The translations under genes and the position numbers were made by a program. From the NCBI GenBank assembly GCA_965602015.1, contig OZ271918.1, forward strand, positions 1,984,001-2,048,000: 64,000 nt of DNA, given 5' to 3'. The notes beneath the pieces were generated by a model that saw only the letters and a program-made list of their open reading frames with translations, did no database searches and had not been told where the DNA came from. This DNA comes from Salinispira sp. Lineage in GTDB: Bacteria > Spirochaetota > Spirochaetia > DSM-27196 > Salinispiraceae. Of this stretch, positions 1-11,468 are shown one piece after another. Positions within the stretch are counted from its first letter, which is position 1. Every line of letters starts with the position of its first letter.

Positions 1-573
1 GCCGGTTGCTATACCGGTGTAGTTTCCCTGATTTTTGTAATAGCTCTCAATGGTGGTAACTGCCAGGTTAACGATATCCCGGGCTTTTTTAAAACCCTCG
101 GAAACCTGACCGTCTGTAATGTCGAATATTTTTCGTTCGGCATCGTCGATTACATGGCTAATTTCCATGCTCTCGTCGAAGGCTTCGCTGCTGATTTCCG
201 CAGAGATGCGAAGAAGAGTTCTCCTCAGGCTATTGTCGCGGACAATGGCTGCATAATATTGAACGTTAGCGCTGGTGGGAACAATGGATGTCAGCTCAGA
301 GATATACGAGGCCCCGCCCACCTGATCAAGTATTTTTTGCGCCGACAATTCATCGGTCAGGGTTATGAGGTCGATCGCTTCATTTTTTGCAGACAGGTCT
401 TTTATTGCGGAAAAGATTCGCTGGTGGGCATTTCGATAGAAATCTTCCGGCCGTAACTGGAGCAAAACCCGGTCCATGGTATTTTCCGGATCGAGGAGAA
501 TGGCCCCGAGACAGGCTTGTTCGGCTTCCAGATTGTGAGGAGGAACCCTTCCCCCCCCGTGAACGTCATTCAC
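1..573 (-). CDS. dnaB: Replicative DNA helicase DnaB, N-terminal part (runs off window start)
   Basis: Not in ORF track. Manual translation from GTG at 573 gives ..GRVPPHNLEAEQACLGAILLD..RPEDFYRNAHQRIFSAI..IDLITL..ANVQYYAAIV..YTGIATG, the DnaB N-terminal motifs. GAGGT SD upstream; follows rplI. Confidence 0.95.
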   Translation of the reverse strand, partial: MNDVHGGGRVPPHNLEAEQACLGAILLDPENTMDRVLLQLRPEDFYRNAHQRIFSAIKDLSAKNEAIDLITLTDELSAQKILDQVGGASYISELTSIVPTSANVQYYAAIVRDNSLRRTLLRISAEISSEAFDESMEISHVIDDAERKIFDITDGQVSEGFKKARDIVNLAVTTIESYYKNQGNYTGIATG

Positions 574-616
574 CCTGTTTACCTCAGAAATAGTGGTTTT
601 CCGGATAGGCCCGGAG

Positions 617-650
617 AAAAAAAATGCACATCCGCTTGTGCGGATGTGCA
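617..650 (-). terminator. Intrinsic terminator between rplI and dnaB
   Basis: Perfect 11-bp stem TGCACATCCGC/GCGGATGTGCA with 4-nt loop, followed by T8 on the minus strand. Confidence 0.8.
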
Positions 651-670
651 GTATAGCATGTCAGCTGCGT

Positions 671-1291
671 CTATTCTGCAGAAACGGCTTCATCATCCGT
701 AGAAGGGGCTTCTGCCGCGGGGGCAGCAGGCTCTTCAGTATCGGCTTCTTCGGCAGGAGCCTGTTCTGCTACGGCGGCAGGTGCTTCGGCGGGTTTGGCC
801 GCGCTTTTAGAAGCCGCCTGCTCTTTGCCGGTTCCCGCGGATGCTCCCTCGGGCTTAACTTCAATCGGCAGCTCGGCTTCCTCTTCACCGTACAGACGAA
901 CGCGGATCTTGTAGTTGCCGACCGCTTTGATGGTGTGGCCGGGAATGTCGATTTTCTTTCTTTCGACTTCCATACCCTGCTCGCTGAGGGCATCGACGAT
1001 CATCTGAGCAGTTACCGCTCCAAAGAGCTTGCCGTTGTCGCCGGCGGGCATTGCAAACTCAACTCTGCCGGTTTTAATCTTCTCTTTGAGCGAAAGGGCA
1101 TGCTGCCTCTTTTCCTCACGGCGCTTTTCGATGGCTTTTTTCTTACCGTCGAGAATTGAAAGATTGGTCTTGTTGTACATTGACACAAGACCCTTGGGAA
1201 GGAGGTAATTACGGGCATAGCCCGGGGATACGTTCAGGATATCCCCTTCCTCGCCAAGGTTGGGAATGTCGGTGTTCAAAATAACCTTCAT
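671..1291 (-). CDS. rplI: 50S ribosomal protein L9 with Ala/Glu/Pro-rich C-terminal extension
   Basis: MKVIL..LGEEGD..VSPGYARNYLLPKG; GKLFGAVT; operon context. Confidence 0.97.
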   Translation of the reverse strand: MKVILNTDIPNLGEEGDILNVSPGYARNYLLPKGLVSMYNKTNLSILDGKKKAIEKRREEKRQHALSLKEKIKTGRVEFAMPAGDNGKLFGAVTAQMIVDALSEQGMEVERKKIDIPGHTIKAVGNYKIRVRLYGEEEAELPIEVKPEGASAGTGKEQAASKSAAKPAEAPAAVAEQAPAEEADTEEPAAPAAEAPSTDDEAVSAE

Positions 1292-1371
1292 TCATGTCAC
1301 CTCTTTAGTGTATTCTTCTTGGACTTCGGCATATGCCGTTGCCCACTTCGAAGACCCTTATAGCCGACGGC

Positions 1372-2373
1372 TCAGGAATCTTCCGCCGAAGCGGTACCGC
1401 CGCCCGTAGGCGCTGCACCGCTTCCATCCGAATATCTAATCCATACGGACGAAATACCCAGTAATGTCAACGCGATCGCCAGGATGAAATTCACCCCGGG
1501 CGCGATTACGCTCAAAATAAGTACTCCCGGCAATACTGCCCGGATCAGGGGTTTTTGAATGGCAAAGCCTGCCACTATACCCAAACCCCTAATGAGGTAC
1601 AGCAGGGCTGCTAACAGAAACCCGTTCCAGAACAGGTATGCGGGAATCATCCAGCCCATACGCTCGGAAACCATGAGTCCCGCCGCCGGGAGGATAAAGC
1701 CCCAGATCATTTCCGCCGGCAAGCGGTACCTGCTCAGCGGGTAAAAAAGCGAAGCCGTACCTCCGGCCAGAGACCTGCCTAACGCATAGGCTAGTAGCAG
1801 GACCAGCCCGGAACTGAATACCAGGGACCGGTAGAGAATAGCCTGGGTCAGGGCGATCGCCTCGGCTGCGCTGAGCCCCGGAAGCAGGCTTTCGAGTACT
1901 CTGGCGAAATCGGGGTTTTCCCGCATTATGTCGGAGAACTGATCCCACACACCCTGATTCTCCAGGGAAATAACCGCAAGCAATGTAGCCCCGGCGGAAA
2001 TTGTCGCAGCGGCAAGAATCCGAACCCACGGAAGAATCCGAGCTCGCGGAACGACGGCATTCCAGTTAAGGGCGTACAAGCCCGCTAACAGTCCGAGGGC
2101 TGACAGGTAAATCAACACTTCCGTGGATTCCGGTCCGCGTAGAAGCCAGATTAGCCCGCCCAGCCCAAGGGAGGCGGCGGTGGCGTAGACAAAGGTCTTT
2201 CGCCCCCGGCGCGCCATTGCGAACTGCAGGGGAATCAGGTACAGCATGTTTACCACACCGATACCCAACAGGAAACCGCTGAACCCCGCACTAAATATGA
2301 GGGTCCGCAGACATCCGGGGCAGAGCCCGGAGTTTTTTTCCTCCCCGAGTGTCTTATTCAAAGCGCGGATCAA
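1372..2373 (-). CDS. DUF2232/YybS-like multi-pass membrane protein
   Basis: Many hydrophobic segments; typical position between rpsR and rplI; start uncertain. Confidence 0.75.
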   Translation of the reverse strand: MIRALNKTLGEEKNSGLCPGCLRTLIFSAGFSGFLLGIGVVNMLYLIPLQFAMARRGRKTFVYATAASLGLGGLIWLLRGPESTEVLIYLSALGLLAGLYALNWNAVVPRARILPWVRILAAATISAGATLLAVISLENQGVWDQFSDIMRENPDFARVLESLLPGLSAAEAIALTQAILYRSLVFSSGLVLLLAYALGRSLAGGTASLFYPLSRYRLPAEMIWGFILPAAGLMVSERMGWMIPAYLFWNGFLLAALLYLIRGLGIVAGFAIQKPLIRAVLPGVLILSVIAPGVNFILAIALTLLGISSVWIRYSDGSGAAPTGGGTASAEDS

Positions 2374-2648
2374 CCCATGGGAAGAAGGGCCAGGTAACGG
2401 GCCTTTTTTATTTCCCGTACCAATCGGCGCTGGTTTTTCGCGCTGGTGCCGGTAATCCGCCGAGGCAGGATTTTCCCCTTCTCGGTGACAAAGCGGCGCA
2501 GCACCTCGGGATGCTTGTAATCAATGGTCAGATTCTGGGTTGCAATCTTATCGACCTTCTTCTTGAAGAAGGGTTTTCCTCCCCTTCTGGGGGGGCGGCG
2601 ATCGCCGCGGTCATCGCTATTTCTGTCGTTCTGATTATTATCGCTCAT
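2370..2648 (-). CDS. rpsR: 30S ribosomal protein S18 (Cys-free form)
   Basis: [35 protein letters not shown]. Confidence 0.98.
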   Translation of the reverse strand: MSDNNQNDRNSDDRGDRRPPRRGGKPFFKKKVDKIATQNLTIDYKHPEVLRRFVTEKGKILPRRITGTSAKNQRRLVREIKKARYLALLPMG

Positions 2649-2686
2649 TGTTTTCCTCCAAAAGCGCTAGTGGGTCGCCGGCAGGC

Positions 2687-3148
2687 CTAAAACGGGATAT
2701 CGTCGTCGAATCCGTCGTCTGCGGGCATTGATCCCTGATCCTGGTAACCGCCCCCGCCATAGCCCGATGAGCCGGCAGAATTAGCCGGTCCCTGCTGTGA
2801 CCCGCCGCCGGAACCCCGGCCGCCGAGAAGCTGGATGTCGTTAACCAATATTTCAACCCGGCTTCGATTTTGCCCGGTTTGCTTATCCTGCCAGCGGCTT
2901 TGCTGCAGGGTTCCGATGATGCCCACCTGCTGACCTTTGGTGAGGTAACGCTGCAGGGCATCGGCCCGGCGACCCAGCATGACCGCATCAAAATAATGGC
3001 TTTCTTCGACCCACTGCTCCCCCTGCTTTCTGCTCTGAGTGGTACCCAGGGAAAGCCGGGCAATTGCGGTTCCCGAAGTGCTGTACTTGAGTTCCACATC
3101 GCGGGTGAGCCGTCCGACAATGGTTACTGAATTGAGATCTGTGGCCAT
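2687..3148 (-). CDS. ssb: Single-stranded DNA-binding protein
   Basis: N.VTIVGRLTRDVEL OB fold, Gly-rich linker, C-terminal DDIPF. Confidence 0.98.
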   Translation of the reverse strand: MATDLNSVTIVGRLTRDVELKYSTSGTAIARLSLGTTQSRKQGEQWVEESHYFDAVMLGRRADALQRYLTKGQQVGIIGTLQQSRWQDKQTGQNRSRVEILVNDIQLLGGRGSGGGSQQGPANSAGSSGYGGGGYQDQGSMPADDGFDDDIPF

Positions 3149-3160
3149 AGACCCTCCGGT

Positions 3161-3442
3161 TTAGTCGTCGTGCCGGGTTACGAGAATTCTCATCAGGTCG
3201 GTGAAATATTTCACCCTGTCTTCGATCTGATGGGCGGATGCGGGTTCCATGTTGAATTCGAACACAACATAGTGACCCTGAAGTTCGTTCTCAATCTGGT
3301 AGGCGAGGGTGCGGACTCCCATGTCATTATCTTTCAGGGAATCGGCACCGAGATCGTTGAGCACCTTCTGTACTTCTTCCTTGGCGGGTCGGAATTTATC
3401 TTCCTCCGCGCGGAAAATACAGGCTGCTTCGTACTTGCGCAT
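3161..3442 (-). CDS. rpsF: 30S ribosomal protein S6
   Basis: MRKYE..IF..MGVRTLAYQI..GHY..LMRILV; start moved to ATG 3442, which has a GAGGAGG SD. Confidence 0.95.
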   Translation of the reverse strand: MRKYEAACIFRAEEDKFRPAKEEVQKVLNDLGADSLKDNDMGVRTLAYQIENELQGHYVVFEFNMEPASAHQIEDRVKYFTDLMRILVTRHDD

Positions 3443-3572
3443 GGTTCCTCCTCGTGGACCAATCATCAGCAGCGCTCCCCTATGAAGCGCAACTGGTGAC
3501 ATCGACCATTCCTCGGACCGGAGGGCTGCCGCCGGAGGCGGTCGAGCCGGAATGGTAAAGAGGCAGAGAGAC
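3443..3572 (-). promoter_or_regulatory. Structured rpsF 5' leader, candidate S6:S18 autoregulatory RNA
   Basis: 5' CUCUCUGCC and 3' GGUCCACGAGGAGG flank two long hairpins (ACCAUUCC/GGAAUGGU; GCGCUUC/GGAGCGC). Confidence 0.5.
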
Positions 3573-3724
3573 ATTGCCGCTCTGTTCTTTTTTTATGATG
3601 TCAGGTATTATCGCATTATCCTGTCGGGAGTTAACTCCCTTCGGGAAGCGATAAACTACCACAGAGCACCGGCACTGTCAAGATTTGCCGCCGTAGGCCG
3701 ATGCTGTGTAGCGAGAGGTTTGGC

Positions 3725-4180
3725 GTGAGTTCCCAGTTTCATTACGATTCAGATATATTCTATCTTTCCCAGATTATCAGGGTTATCCGGCGGGGAGTCA
3801 GCATTCCTATCGACCAGGAATTTTTCCTCGACAAAATAATCGAAGATATCATGTTCGTGGACGGCGTGTTAAAGAGCCTGTATGCCCGATTGAACCAAAA
3901 TGACCTCCTGGTTAACCGGCAGCAGTATCTTCGGGATACCTATCTGGCCAAACGCGATCTGGTTTTACTCCTTGAGGATCTCATAGGAGGCAGCCTGGAG
4001 TTTTCCTCAGAGATCAAGCAATACCACAGCCGATTAAAACAGATTATCCGCAGTCAGAAAGAAGACATGATGGTTATTGATGACAGTCTCAACAGCGACA
4101 GCCGCCATGAAGAAGAAAAAACCATTGTCAGCCAGGAGGAGTTTTCAATCCTGTTGGACAGCGATAATACAGACGATTAA
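3725..4180 (+). CDS. Hypothetical helical protein
   Basis: Uninterrupted ORF with protein-like composition; likely GTG start at 3725 after GAGAGG (track start 3701). Confidence 0.8.
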   Translation: MSSQFHYDSDIFYLSQIIRVIRRGVSIPIDQEFFLDKIIEDIMFVDGVLKSLYARLNQNDLLVNRQQYLRDTYLAKRDLVLLLEDLIGGSLEFSSEIKQYHSRLKQIIRSQKEDMMVIDDSLNSDSRHEEEKTIVSQEEFSILLDSDNTDD

Positions 4181-4262
4181 TCCCTTAAACTGACATACAT
4201 ACGCGGAAGTACCTGCTTGCCCCAATTCATACGTTAATGTAGTATGTTGGCGAGGTGGTACG

Positions 4263-5816
<1,554 letters not shown>

Positions 5817-5875
5817 TATCGGTTTCGAAGCATCAGCTCCGAGAGTCCAACACCCTGGCTTTCTTTTCTAAAGTC

Positions 5876-5996
5876 TGTACGCCAATTTCGCCGTACAACT
5901 CCGACATTTCCGGCACAGAAGCAAAATATTAATACATTTATGTAGTATTTCATTTTAATAATTACATTTCTGTATTTTTTTATTGCGATATATACA
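5876..5996. promoter_or_regulatory. Candidate upstream activator sites in AT-rich region
   Basis: TGTACG-N10-CGTACA (5876-5897) and two TGTA-N18-TACA (5941-5966, 5971-5996), 100-220 bp upstream of the sigma54 promoter. Confidence 0.35.
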
Positions 5997-6094
5997 AACA
6001 CGTTGCTTCTGAGCAAAATTATTTGCAGGTATAAATCTCCATGGCATAGTGATTTACATTTTTATACATAATTCTTTTGATATTTATGCATTAT

Positions 6095-6110
6095 TGGCAC
6101 GAAATCTGCA
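6095..6110 (+). promoter_or_regulatory. Sigma54 (-24/-12) promoter of amtB-PII
   Basis: TGGCACGAAATCTGCA, GG-N10-GC. Confidence 0.85.
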
Positions 6111-6214
6111 CTACACAGATGACGTGAAAAATAGGCCTGGGAAAACGGTTCCCATGACGGTAGGCTCCGCACAGCAGCAAACCGTCGGGCTGTGAAACAA
6201 TTGTAGGAGGACGT

Positions 6215-7585
6215 ATGAAGGGGAAATTCCGCATTTCGGCGATACTCATTGTAGTAGCCCTTCTTCTCAGCACCGGTGTGCTTTTTGCACAGGATTCGGT
6301 TTCCGCTGACGCGGTGGCAGCCGCGGTGGACATGATCTGGCTGACTCTGGCGGCCGCTCTGGTATTCTTTATGCAGGCGGGCTTTGCCATGGTTGAGATC
6401 GGTCTCACCCAAGCGAAAAACGCCGGTAACATCATCATGAAAAACCTGATGGACTTTTCCGTCGGGGCGCTTGCATATTGGGCCATCGGTTGGGCTTTTA
6501 TGTACGGCGACAGCATCGGAGGATTCATCGGCGGAAGCGCCTTTTTCCTGAATTACGATGCGGCAGGTTTGTCGAGCTACGGTGTAGGCACTATGCAGGA
6601 AATCTACCGTGACTGGATTTTCCAGGTAGTTTTCGCCGCAACCGCAGCGACCATCGTTTCGGGAGCCATGGCGGAACGGACAAAATTCACCGCATACCTG
6701 GTGTATTCCGTATTTATTTCGGCGCTCATCTATCCCATCGCCGGTCACTGGCACTGGGGCGGCGGCTGGTTGGCTGAAATGGGATTCCATGATTTCGCCG
6801 GTTCGACCCTGGTTCACTCAGTCGGCGGTTGGGCAGCCCTTGCAGGCGCGGTGGTACTCGGCGCCCGGAGTGGCAAGTACACCAAGGTCGGCAACAAAGT
6901 GGTATCAAAGGCGATTCCCGGTCACAGTCTGCCTCTGGCAGCCCTGGGTGTGTTCATCCTGTGGTTCGGCTGGTTCGGTTTCAACGCCGGTTCTACACTC
7001 AGCGGTAATGATGCGACCATCGGTCATATCGCCGTAACCACTACCCTTGCGGCCAGCGCCGGTGCGATTGCAGCCATGATCGTTTCATGGGTATGGTTCG
7101 GAAAGCCCGATCCTTCCATGAGCCTCAACGGCGCTCTTGCAGGTCTGGTCGGTATCACTGCCGGTACATGGGTTGTGGGTCCTGGAGCATCGATTATCAT
7201 CGGTCTTATCGCCGGTATCCTGGTAGTACTTTCCGTCGAGTTCTTCGACAAGGTGCTGCACATTGACGATCCTGTCGGTGCAATCTCTGTACACGGCGTC
7301 AACGGTGCCTGGGGTACCCTGGCAGTCGGGCTCTTCGCAGACGGTGTGAATGACTCGTCGGTAGTAGGGCTGTTCTACGGCGGCGGTCTTCAGCAGCTTG
7401 GCGTACAGGCGATTGGCGTCCTGGCTTACCTTGCATGGACTCTGGGTACCGGATTTATCCTGTTCTTCATCATCAAAGCCACCATGGGTCTTCGGGTCGA
7501 TGAAAAGGATGAGCGCACAGGTCTGGACATCAGTGAGCACGCTACTGATTCGTACGCCGGATTCCAGATTTTCTCAAATCTGTAA
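6215..7585 (+). CDS. amtB: Ammonium transporter AmtB
   Basis: [37 protein letters not shown]; both pore His present; AGGAGG SD. Confidence 0.97.
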   Translation: MKGKFRISAILIVVALLLSTGVLFAQDSVSADAVAAAVDMIWLTLAAALVFFMQAGFAMVEIGLTQAKNAGNIIMKNLMDFSVGALAYWAIGWAFMYGDSIGGFIGGSAFFLNYDAAGLSSYGVGTMQEIYRDWIFQVVFAATAATIVSGAMAERTKFTAYLVYSVFISALIYPIAGHWHWGGGWLAEMGFHDFAGSTLVHSVGGWAALAGAVVLGARSGKYTKVGNKVVSKAIPGHSLPLAALGVFILWFGWFGFNAGSTLSGNDATIGHIAVTTTLAASAGAIAAMIVSWVWFGKPDPSMSLNGALAGLVGITAGTWVVGPGASIIIGLIAGILVVLSVEFFDKVLHIDDPVGAISVHGVNGAWGTLAVGLFADGVNDSSVVGLFYGGGLQQLGVQAIGVLAYLAWTLGTGFILFFIIKATMGLRVDEKDERTGLDISEHATDSYAGFQIFSNL

Positions 7586-7621
7586 GCCACCGGTCAGCTG
7601 AGGTAAAGAGGAGCATAAGGA

Positions 7622-7963
7622 ATGAAATTAGTTACGGCATACATCCAGCCCCATAAGCTTCACGAAGTGAAGGACGAGCTGTACAAGGCTGAGATTTTTA
7701 AGATGAGCGTTTCAAACGTTCTGGGAGCCGGTCAGCAGAAAGGCTACACCGAGACCTACCGCGGTATCGCATACGAGGTAAATCTGCTGAAAAAAGTGAA
7801 AATTGAAATCGCCGTGAACGACGATTTCGTCCAGCCCACGGTCGATGCAATCGTGAAAGGCGCGAGAACCGGGGAAATCGGAGACGGCAAGATTCTGGTC
7901 TCTTCCCTGGATGAAGTTATCCGCATTAGGAGCGGAGAAAAAGGAGAGGTCGCTATCGGATAA
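7622..7963 (+). CDS. glnK: PII nitrogen regulatory protein (GlnK-type by amtB linkage)
   Basis: [34 protein letters not shown]-loop Tyr51 equivalent retained. Confidence 0.93.
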   Translation: MKLVTAYIQPHKLHEVKDELYKAEIFKMSVSNVLGAGQQKGYTETYRGIAYEVNLLKKVKIEIAVNDDFVQPTVDAIVKGARTGEIGDGKILVSSLDEVIRIRSGEKGEVAIG

Positions 7964-7994
7964 ATCCGTCGCGACAAGGATGAACCCATCCATT

Positions 7995-8025
7995 GGCAGT
8001 CCGGCTGAGCCGGACTGCCTTTTTT
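7995..8025 (+). terminator. Intrinsic terminator after PII
   Basis: GGCAGTCCGGC-TGA-GCCGGACTGCC followed by T6. Confidence 0.9.
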
Positions 8026-8093
8026 ATGCCGAGAGCGAAAATGCCTTAGTATGTCCGCCGGATCTGCCGATGGTAAAAAAGGAGGAAGAAGTG

Positions 8094-8474
8094 ATGAACG
8101 CAACACTTTACAGCAACGATATTCTCAGTCCTCAAATAGCGGGAATAAAATCCTTCGTAGACGCCCAATTCGATCATTCCTGGCTGATTCACGGTTTTCA
8201 CCCCCAGGTCTTTAATGAAATGGATATGCAGGAGCTTCGCACCGAACTGGCTAACGTGGTGAGCTACGGAACCAGCCCGGGTCACATTCGCTACATCCTT
8301 GAGAAATTAAAAAAACTGCACAAAGCCCTGGTACAGCTGTCCGCTTCCGAGCTCAGGCACCAACTGCGGATGCGGGGGGAAAAAACCGTGCAAAAGGAAC
8401 TCATCCTCAGCACCCTTGAGGCCAACGCAGCACGGCTCAATACTGCTATAGAGGGAATCCAGGCCCAGCTATAG
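8094..8474 (+). CDS. Hypothetical protein (~126 aa)
   Basis: ATG 8094 with GGAGG SD, downstream of the terminator; track start 7911 overlaps PII and is unlikely. Confidence 0.7.
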   Translation: MNATLYSNDILSPQIAGIKSFVDAQFDHSWLIHGFHPQVFNEMDMQELRTELANVVSYGTSPGHIRYILEKLKKLHKALVQLSASELRHQLRMRGEKTVQKELILSTLEANAARLNTAIEGIQAQL

Positions 8475-8535
8475 GCCGCAGGAAATTGCCGACCGGTCTA
8501 TCTTCCTATTACTGATTAATCTGATACAATGCAGT

Positions 8536-11427
8536 ATGTCCCGACGCCTATCCCTTCACAGCATTATCCCGATTTTCTTTCTTTTACTTATAGCAGCCGC
8601 GATCCTTTCCATTCTCGCGGTATACAGCATCAGCAGCCGACAAACGTATCTTGAACACTCCCGGGAAATCATGACCCGATCTGGGGGGTATATGTTCGAT
8701 AAGACATCCGCCCACCTGCGCTCGGCCAGTGATGCGGTTGCCCTGTTGACCCGCCTTGCAGAAGCCGATGTGGTGAATCACAGCAACCAGAATTCCCTTG
8801 AAGACAGCTTTTACAGTTTTATGAGCATCAACTCACAGATTTCCGGCATTTTCATCGGCAAACCAAACGGAGATTTCCTCATGGCCAGCCGGTACAACGA
8901 CCGGAACTCCAGCGGATACTTTACGAAAGATATCAGAAATCGCGAAGGCGGTCTCAGAAGCGTGGAATACCGCTATTATGATTCCGAGGGGATTCTTACT
9001 GCCCGGGAGGACATACCGGAAGATGAATACGATCCCCGGACCCGGCCCTGGTACTCATCGGGGATTTCCAGCCAAAACGCCCAATGGACACGCCCCTACA
9101 TGTTTTTCACCAGCGGCCAGCCGGGAATCACCACCTCATTGGCGGTACGGGACGGCAGCGGTGCAGTTATTGCGGTTCTCGGCGTCGATTTAACCTTGGG
9201 GGATCTTTCGGACTTTGTGGCACAAACGCGAATCTCGGAAAACGGCGCAGCCTTCATCCTCGATGAAGATGACCGCTTCCTGGCCCTTTCTGACCGGGAC
9301 CGCCTCGACGGGATATCAGGAGATGTGGATGCGGGATTACTCTCGGTTCTGGATATTGATGATCCGATATACCGTACAGCCCTCTCCCAGTTCGATTCGG
9401 TAGCTGCCGACGGTTTTTCCGGCGGGTCCCTGCCGTTTGTTTTCGAACACGCCGGCCAGGTCTACCACGCCCTATTCCGCACCCTTGAGAATCCGAACTG
9501 GCTGTGGAAAATCGGACTCTTTATTCCCCAGGACGATATCATGGGGGACCTCATCGCGAACCGCCGTCTTATTCTGTTATTCACCGGCAGCGCAGGCCTG
9601 ATCTTTGCGGTGATAGGCTTCTTCTTTGCTCGGGCCCTAACCCGGCCTTTGGTGGAAATTCAGGAGTCTCTCAAGGTCATAGAACACGGAGGATATCCCT
9701 CGGTTTTTCCCGGAAGATTCGTCTCCCGGGAAATTGAAAGCATCGTTCAGCGAATTAAGGATATGAGCGACAGTCTGAGACAGTATCACGGGGAGCTGGA
9801 AGACAGGGTGGATCAGCGTACCGAGGAGCTTAAGCAGGCAAACGAGGCTAAAAGCCGGTTCCTGGCCAAGGTGAGTCACGAAATGCGAAGCCCGCTTCAG
9901 GCGATTATGGGATACGCAGAAATTCTCGGGGGCAATAAAATACCCCGGAGCAGGCAGCTCGCAAGTCTGGAAATTATCCGGGACGAGGGTGAGCGGCTCT
10001 TGACGTTTATCGATGAGCTGCTGGACATCCACCGGATTTCACAGGGACATTTCCAACTGGACACCCGTCCTTTTGATCTCAGCGAGATTCTCGAGGCCGT
10101 CAACAGCAGGTTTACCCCGCTGGCGCGCAAAAAGGGTCTAAGCTTTAGTATACGCTTCGATGAATCAATAGAGCCCATTCGCAACGGCGATGGTTTTCGT
10201 CTCGAACAAATTCTCAGTAACCTGACGGCCAACGCTTTAAAATTCACCGAGAAGGGCTCGGTGGTCATCGAAATAAGCAAGCGCGAACAGGGCCTGTACT
10301 TTTCCGTGTCGGACAGCGGACCGGGAATACCGGAGGAAAAGCGGGAACTGATTTTCAAACCATTCGAAAAGCTCCCCTCGGACCATGGGGGCCTGACCGA
10401 GGGTTTCGGGTTGGGGCTCAACATCACCAGGGAACTTATCGAGCTATTCGGCGGCCAGCTTTCCCTCGACAGCGCACCGGGAACCGGAAGCCGTTTCTAT
10501 TTCACCCTCCCCCTGCACCCTGCGGATCCTGAGCTTGTGCGCCATCGGGTATCAAGCCGTGCGGCGCTTCCCCTGTCAGCCGGTGAAAATCCTCAACAGA
10601 AAAACAACGGCGCGCAACAACAGTATCGCATTCTTTTGGTTGACGATTACCCGGTCAATCAGGATCTGCTGTCTCAATATCTCAAGAACCTGGCGAAGGA
10701 CCTAGTGATTTGCTCAAGCGGCGAGGACGCTATCAAAAAAGGCAGAAAGCGAAAATTCGACGCCATCCTCATGGATATCATCTTACCGGGCATCGACGGC
10801 ATCGAGGCGGCAAAAGCCATACGCGCAGAAGGAGCCAACCGGCGCACGGCCATCGTGGCCATCAGCGCCAGCGATGATGGGGAACTGCGTTCCCGCATTG
10901 CATCACCGACGGAAGATCGGGATATTCCGATTTTTACGGAAATCCTGGTCAAACCCTTTTCCCGGAAAGCCCTTGAGGATTGCATCCGGCGGGTCACCGC
11001 CTCACCGCCGGGAAAACGTCCCATTGCCATGAATCAAATCATCGAACAGCTGTCGGGGGATAATCGACAGGCAATTGAATTACTCGAGCAGTTTCTAGAG
11101 CAATCAGACCGCCTGCTCCTACAGCTGCAAACCCACCTTCAGCAGAAAGATTGGAAGGAAAGTCACCGCCTGGTCCATTCCCTGAAAAACGGCGCAGAAG
11201 CGCTTTTTGCCGCTCCCCTCGCCCAGCAGGCGAAAGCTTTCGAACTGCGCCTCAAAGACCTTATGACCGAGGATGATCGCGACGATTCCGAAGATACATC
11301 TAAGGAAACCCATGACGACCGGCGGTTAATCCTCGATCTGCTTCAGTCACTCATGGTCAGCTTCGATGAAGTTCAAAGCTATTGCGAACAGAATATTCTT
11401 CAGGACTCAATGGCCGACGAGGCGTAA
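8536..11427 (+). CDS. Hybrid sensor kinase: dCache-HAMP-HisKA-HATPase-REC-HPt
   Basis: YDPRTRPWY and WTRPY (dCache); SHEMRSPL; N box NALKFT; DSGPGI; GFGLGL; LLVDD..MDI..KP; HPt HSLKNGA. Confidence 0.93.
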   Translation: MSRRLSLHSIIPIFFLLLIAAAILSILAVYSISSRQTYLEHSREIMTRSGGYMFDKTSAHLRSASDAVALLTRLAEADVVNHSNQNSLEDSFYSFMSINSQISGIFIGKPNGDFLMASRYNDRNSSGYFTKDIRNREGGLRSVEYRYYDSEGILTAREDIPEDEYDPRTRPWYSSGISSQNAQWTRPYMFFTSGQPGITTSLAVRDGSGAVIAVLGVDLTLGDLSDFVAQTRISENGAAFILDEDDRFLALSDRDRLDGISGDVDAGLLSVLDIDDPIYRTALSQFDSVAADGFSGGSLPFVFEHAGQVYHALFRTLENPNWLWKIGLFIPQDDIMGDLIANRRLILLFTGSAGLIFAVIGFFFARALTRPLVEIQESLKVIEHGGYPSVFPGRFVSREIESIVQRIKDMSDSLRQYHGELEDRVDQRTEELKQANEAKSRFLAKVSHEMRSPLQAIMGYAEILGGNKIPRSRQLASLEIIRDEGERLLTFIDELLDIHRISQGHFQLDTRPFDLSEILEAVNSRFTPLARKKGLSFSIRFDESIEPIRNGDGFRLEQILSNLTANALKFTEKGSVVIEISKREQGLYFSVSDSGPGIPEEKRELIFKPFEKLPSDHGGLTEGFGLGLNITRELIELFGGQLSLDSAPGTGSRFYFTLPLHPADPELVRHRVSSRAALPLSAGENPQQKNNGAQQQYRILLVDDYPVNQDLLSQYLKNLAKDLVICSSGEDAIKKGRKRKFDAILMDIILPGIDGIEAAKAIRAEGANRRTAIVAISASDDGELRSRIASPTEDRDIPIFTEILVKPFSRKALEDCIRRVTASPPGKRPIAMNQIIEQLSGDNRQAIELLEQFLEQSDRLLLQLQTHLQQKDWKESHRLVHSLKNGAEALFAAPLAQQAKAFELRLKDLMTEDDRDDSEDTSKETHDDRRLILDLLQSLMVSFDEVQSYCEQNILQDSMADEA

Positions 11428-11468
11428 GCCCATAATTCACGAGCGAGCATGGGCAAGCTTTGATGTGC

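Noticed and set aside
671..850. Acidic Ala/Pro-rich tail of L9 as a novel domain
   Set aside because: Low-complexity C-terminal extensions of L9 are common; no repeat or motif was seen.
6042..6057. Second sigma54-like element TGGCATAGTGATTTAC
   Set aside because: It lacks the -12 GC; the 6095 site fits much better.
6062..6817. 251-aa minus-strand ORF and similar overlapping ORFs across the window
   Set aside because: Antisense or off-frame to well-supported genes such as amtB; expected at this GC content.
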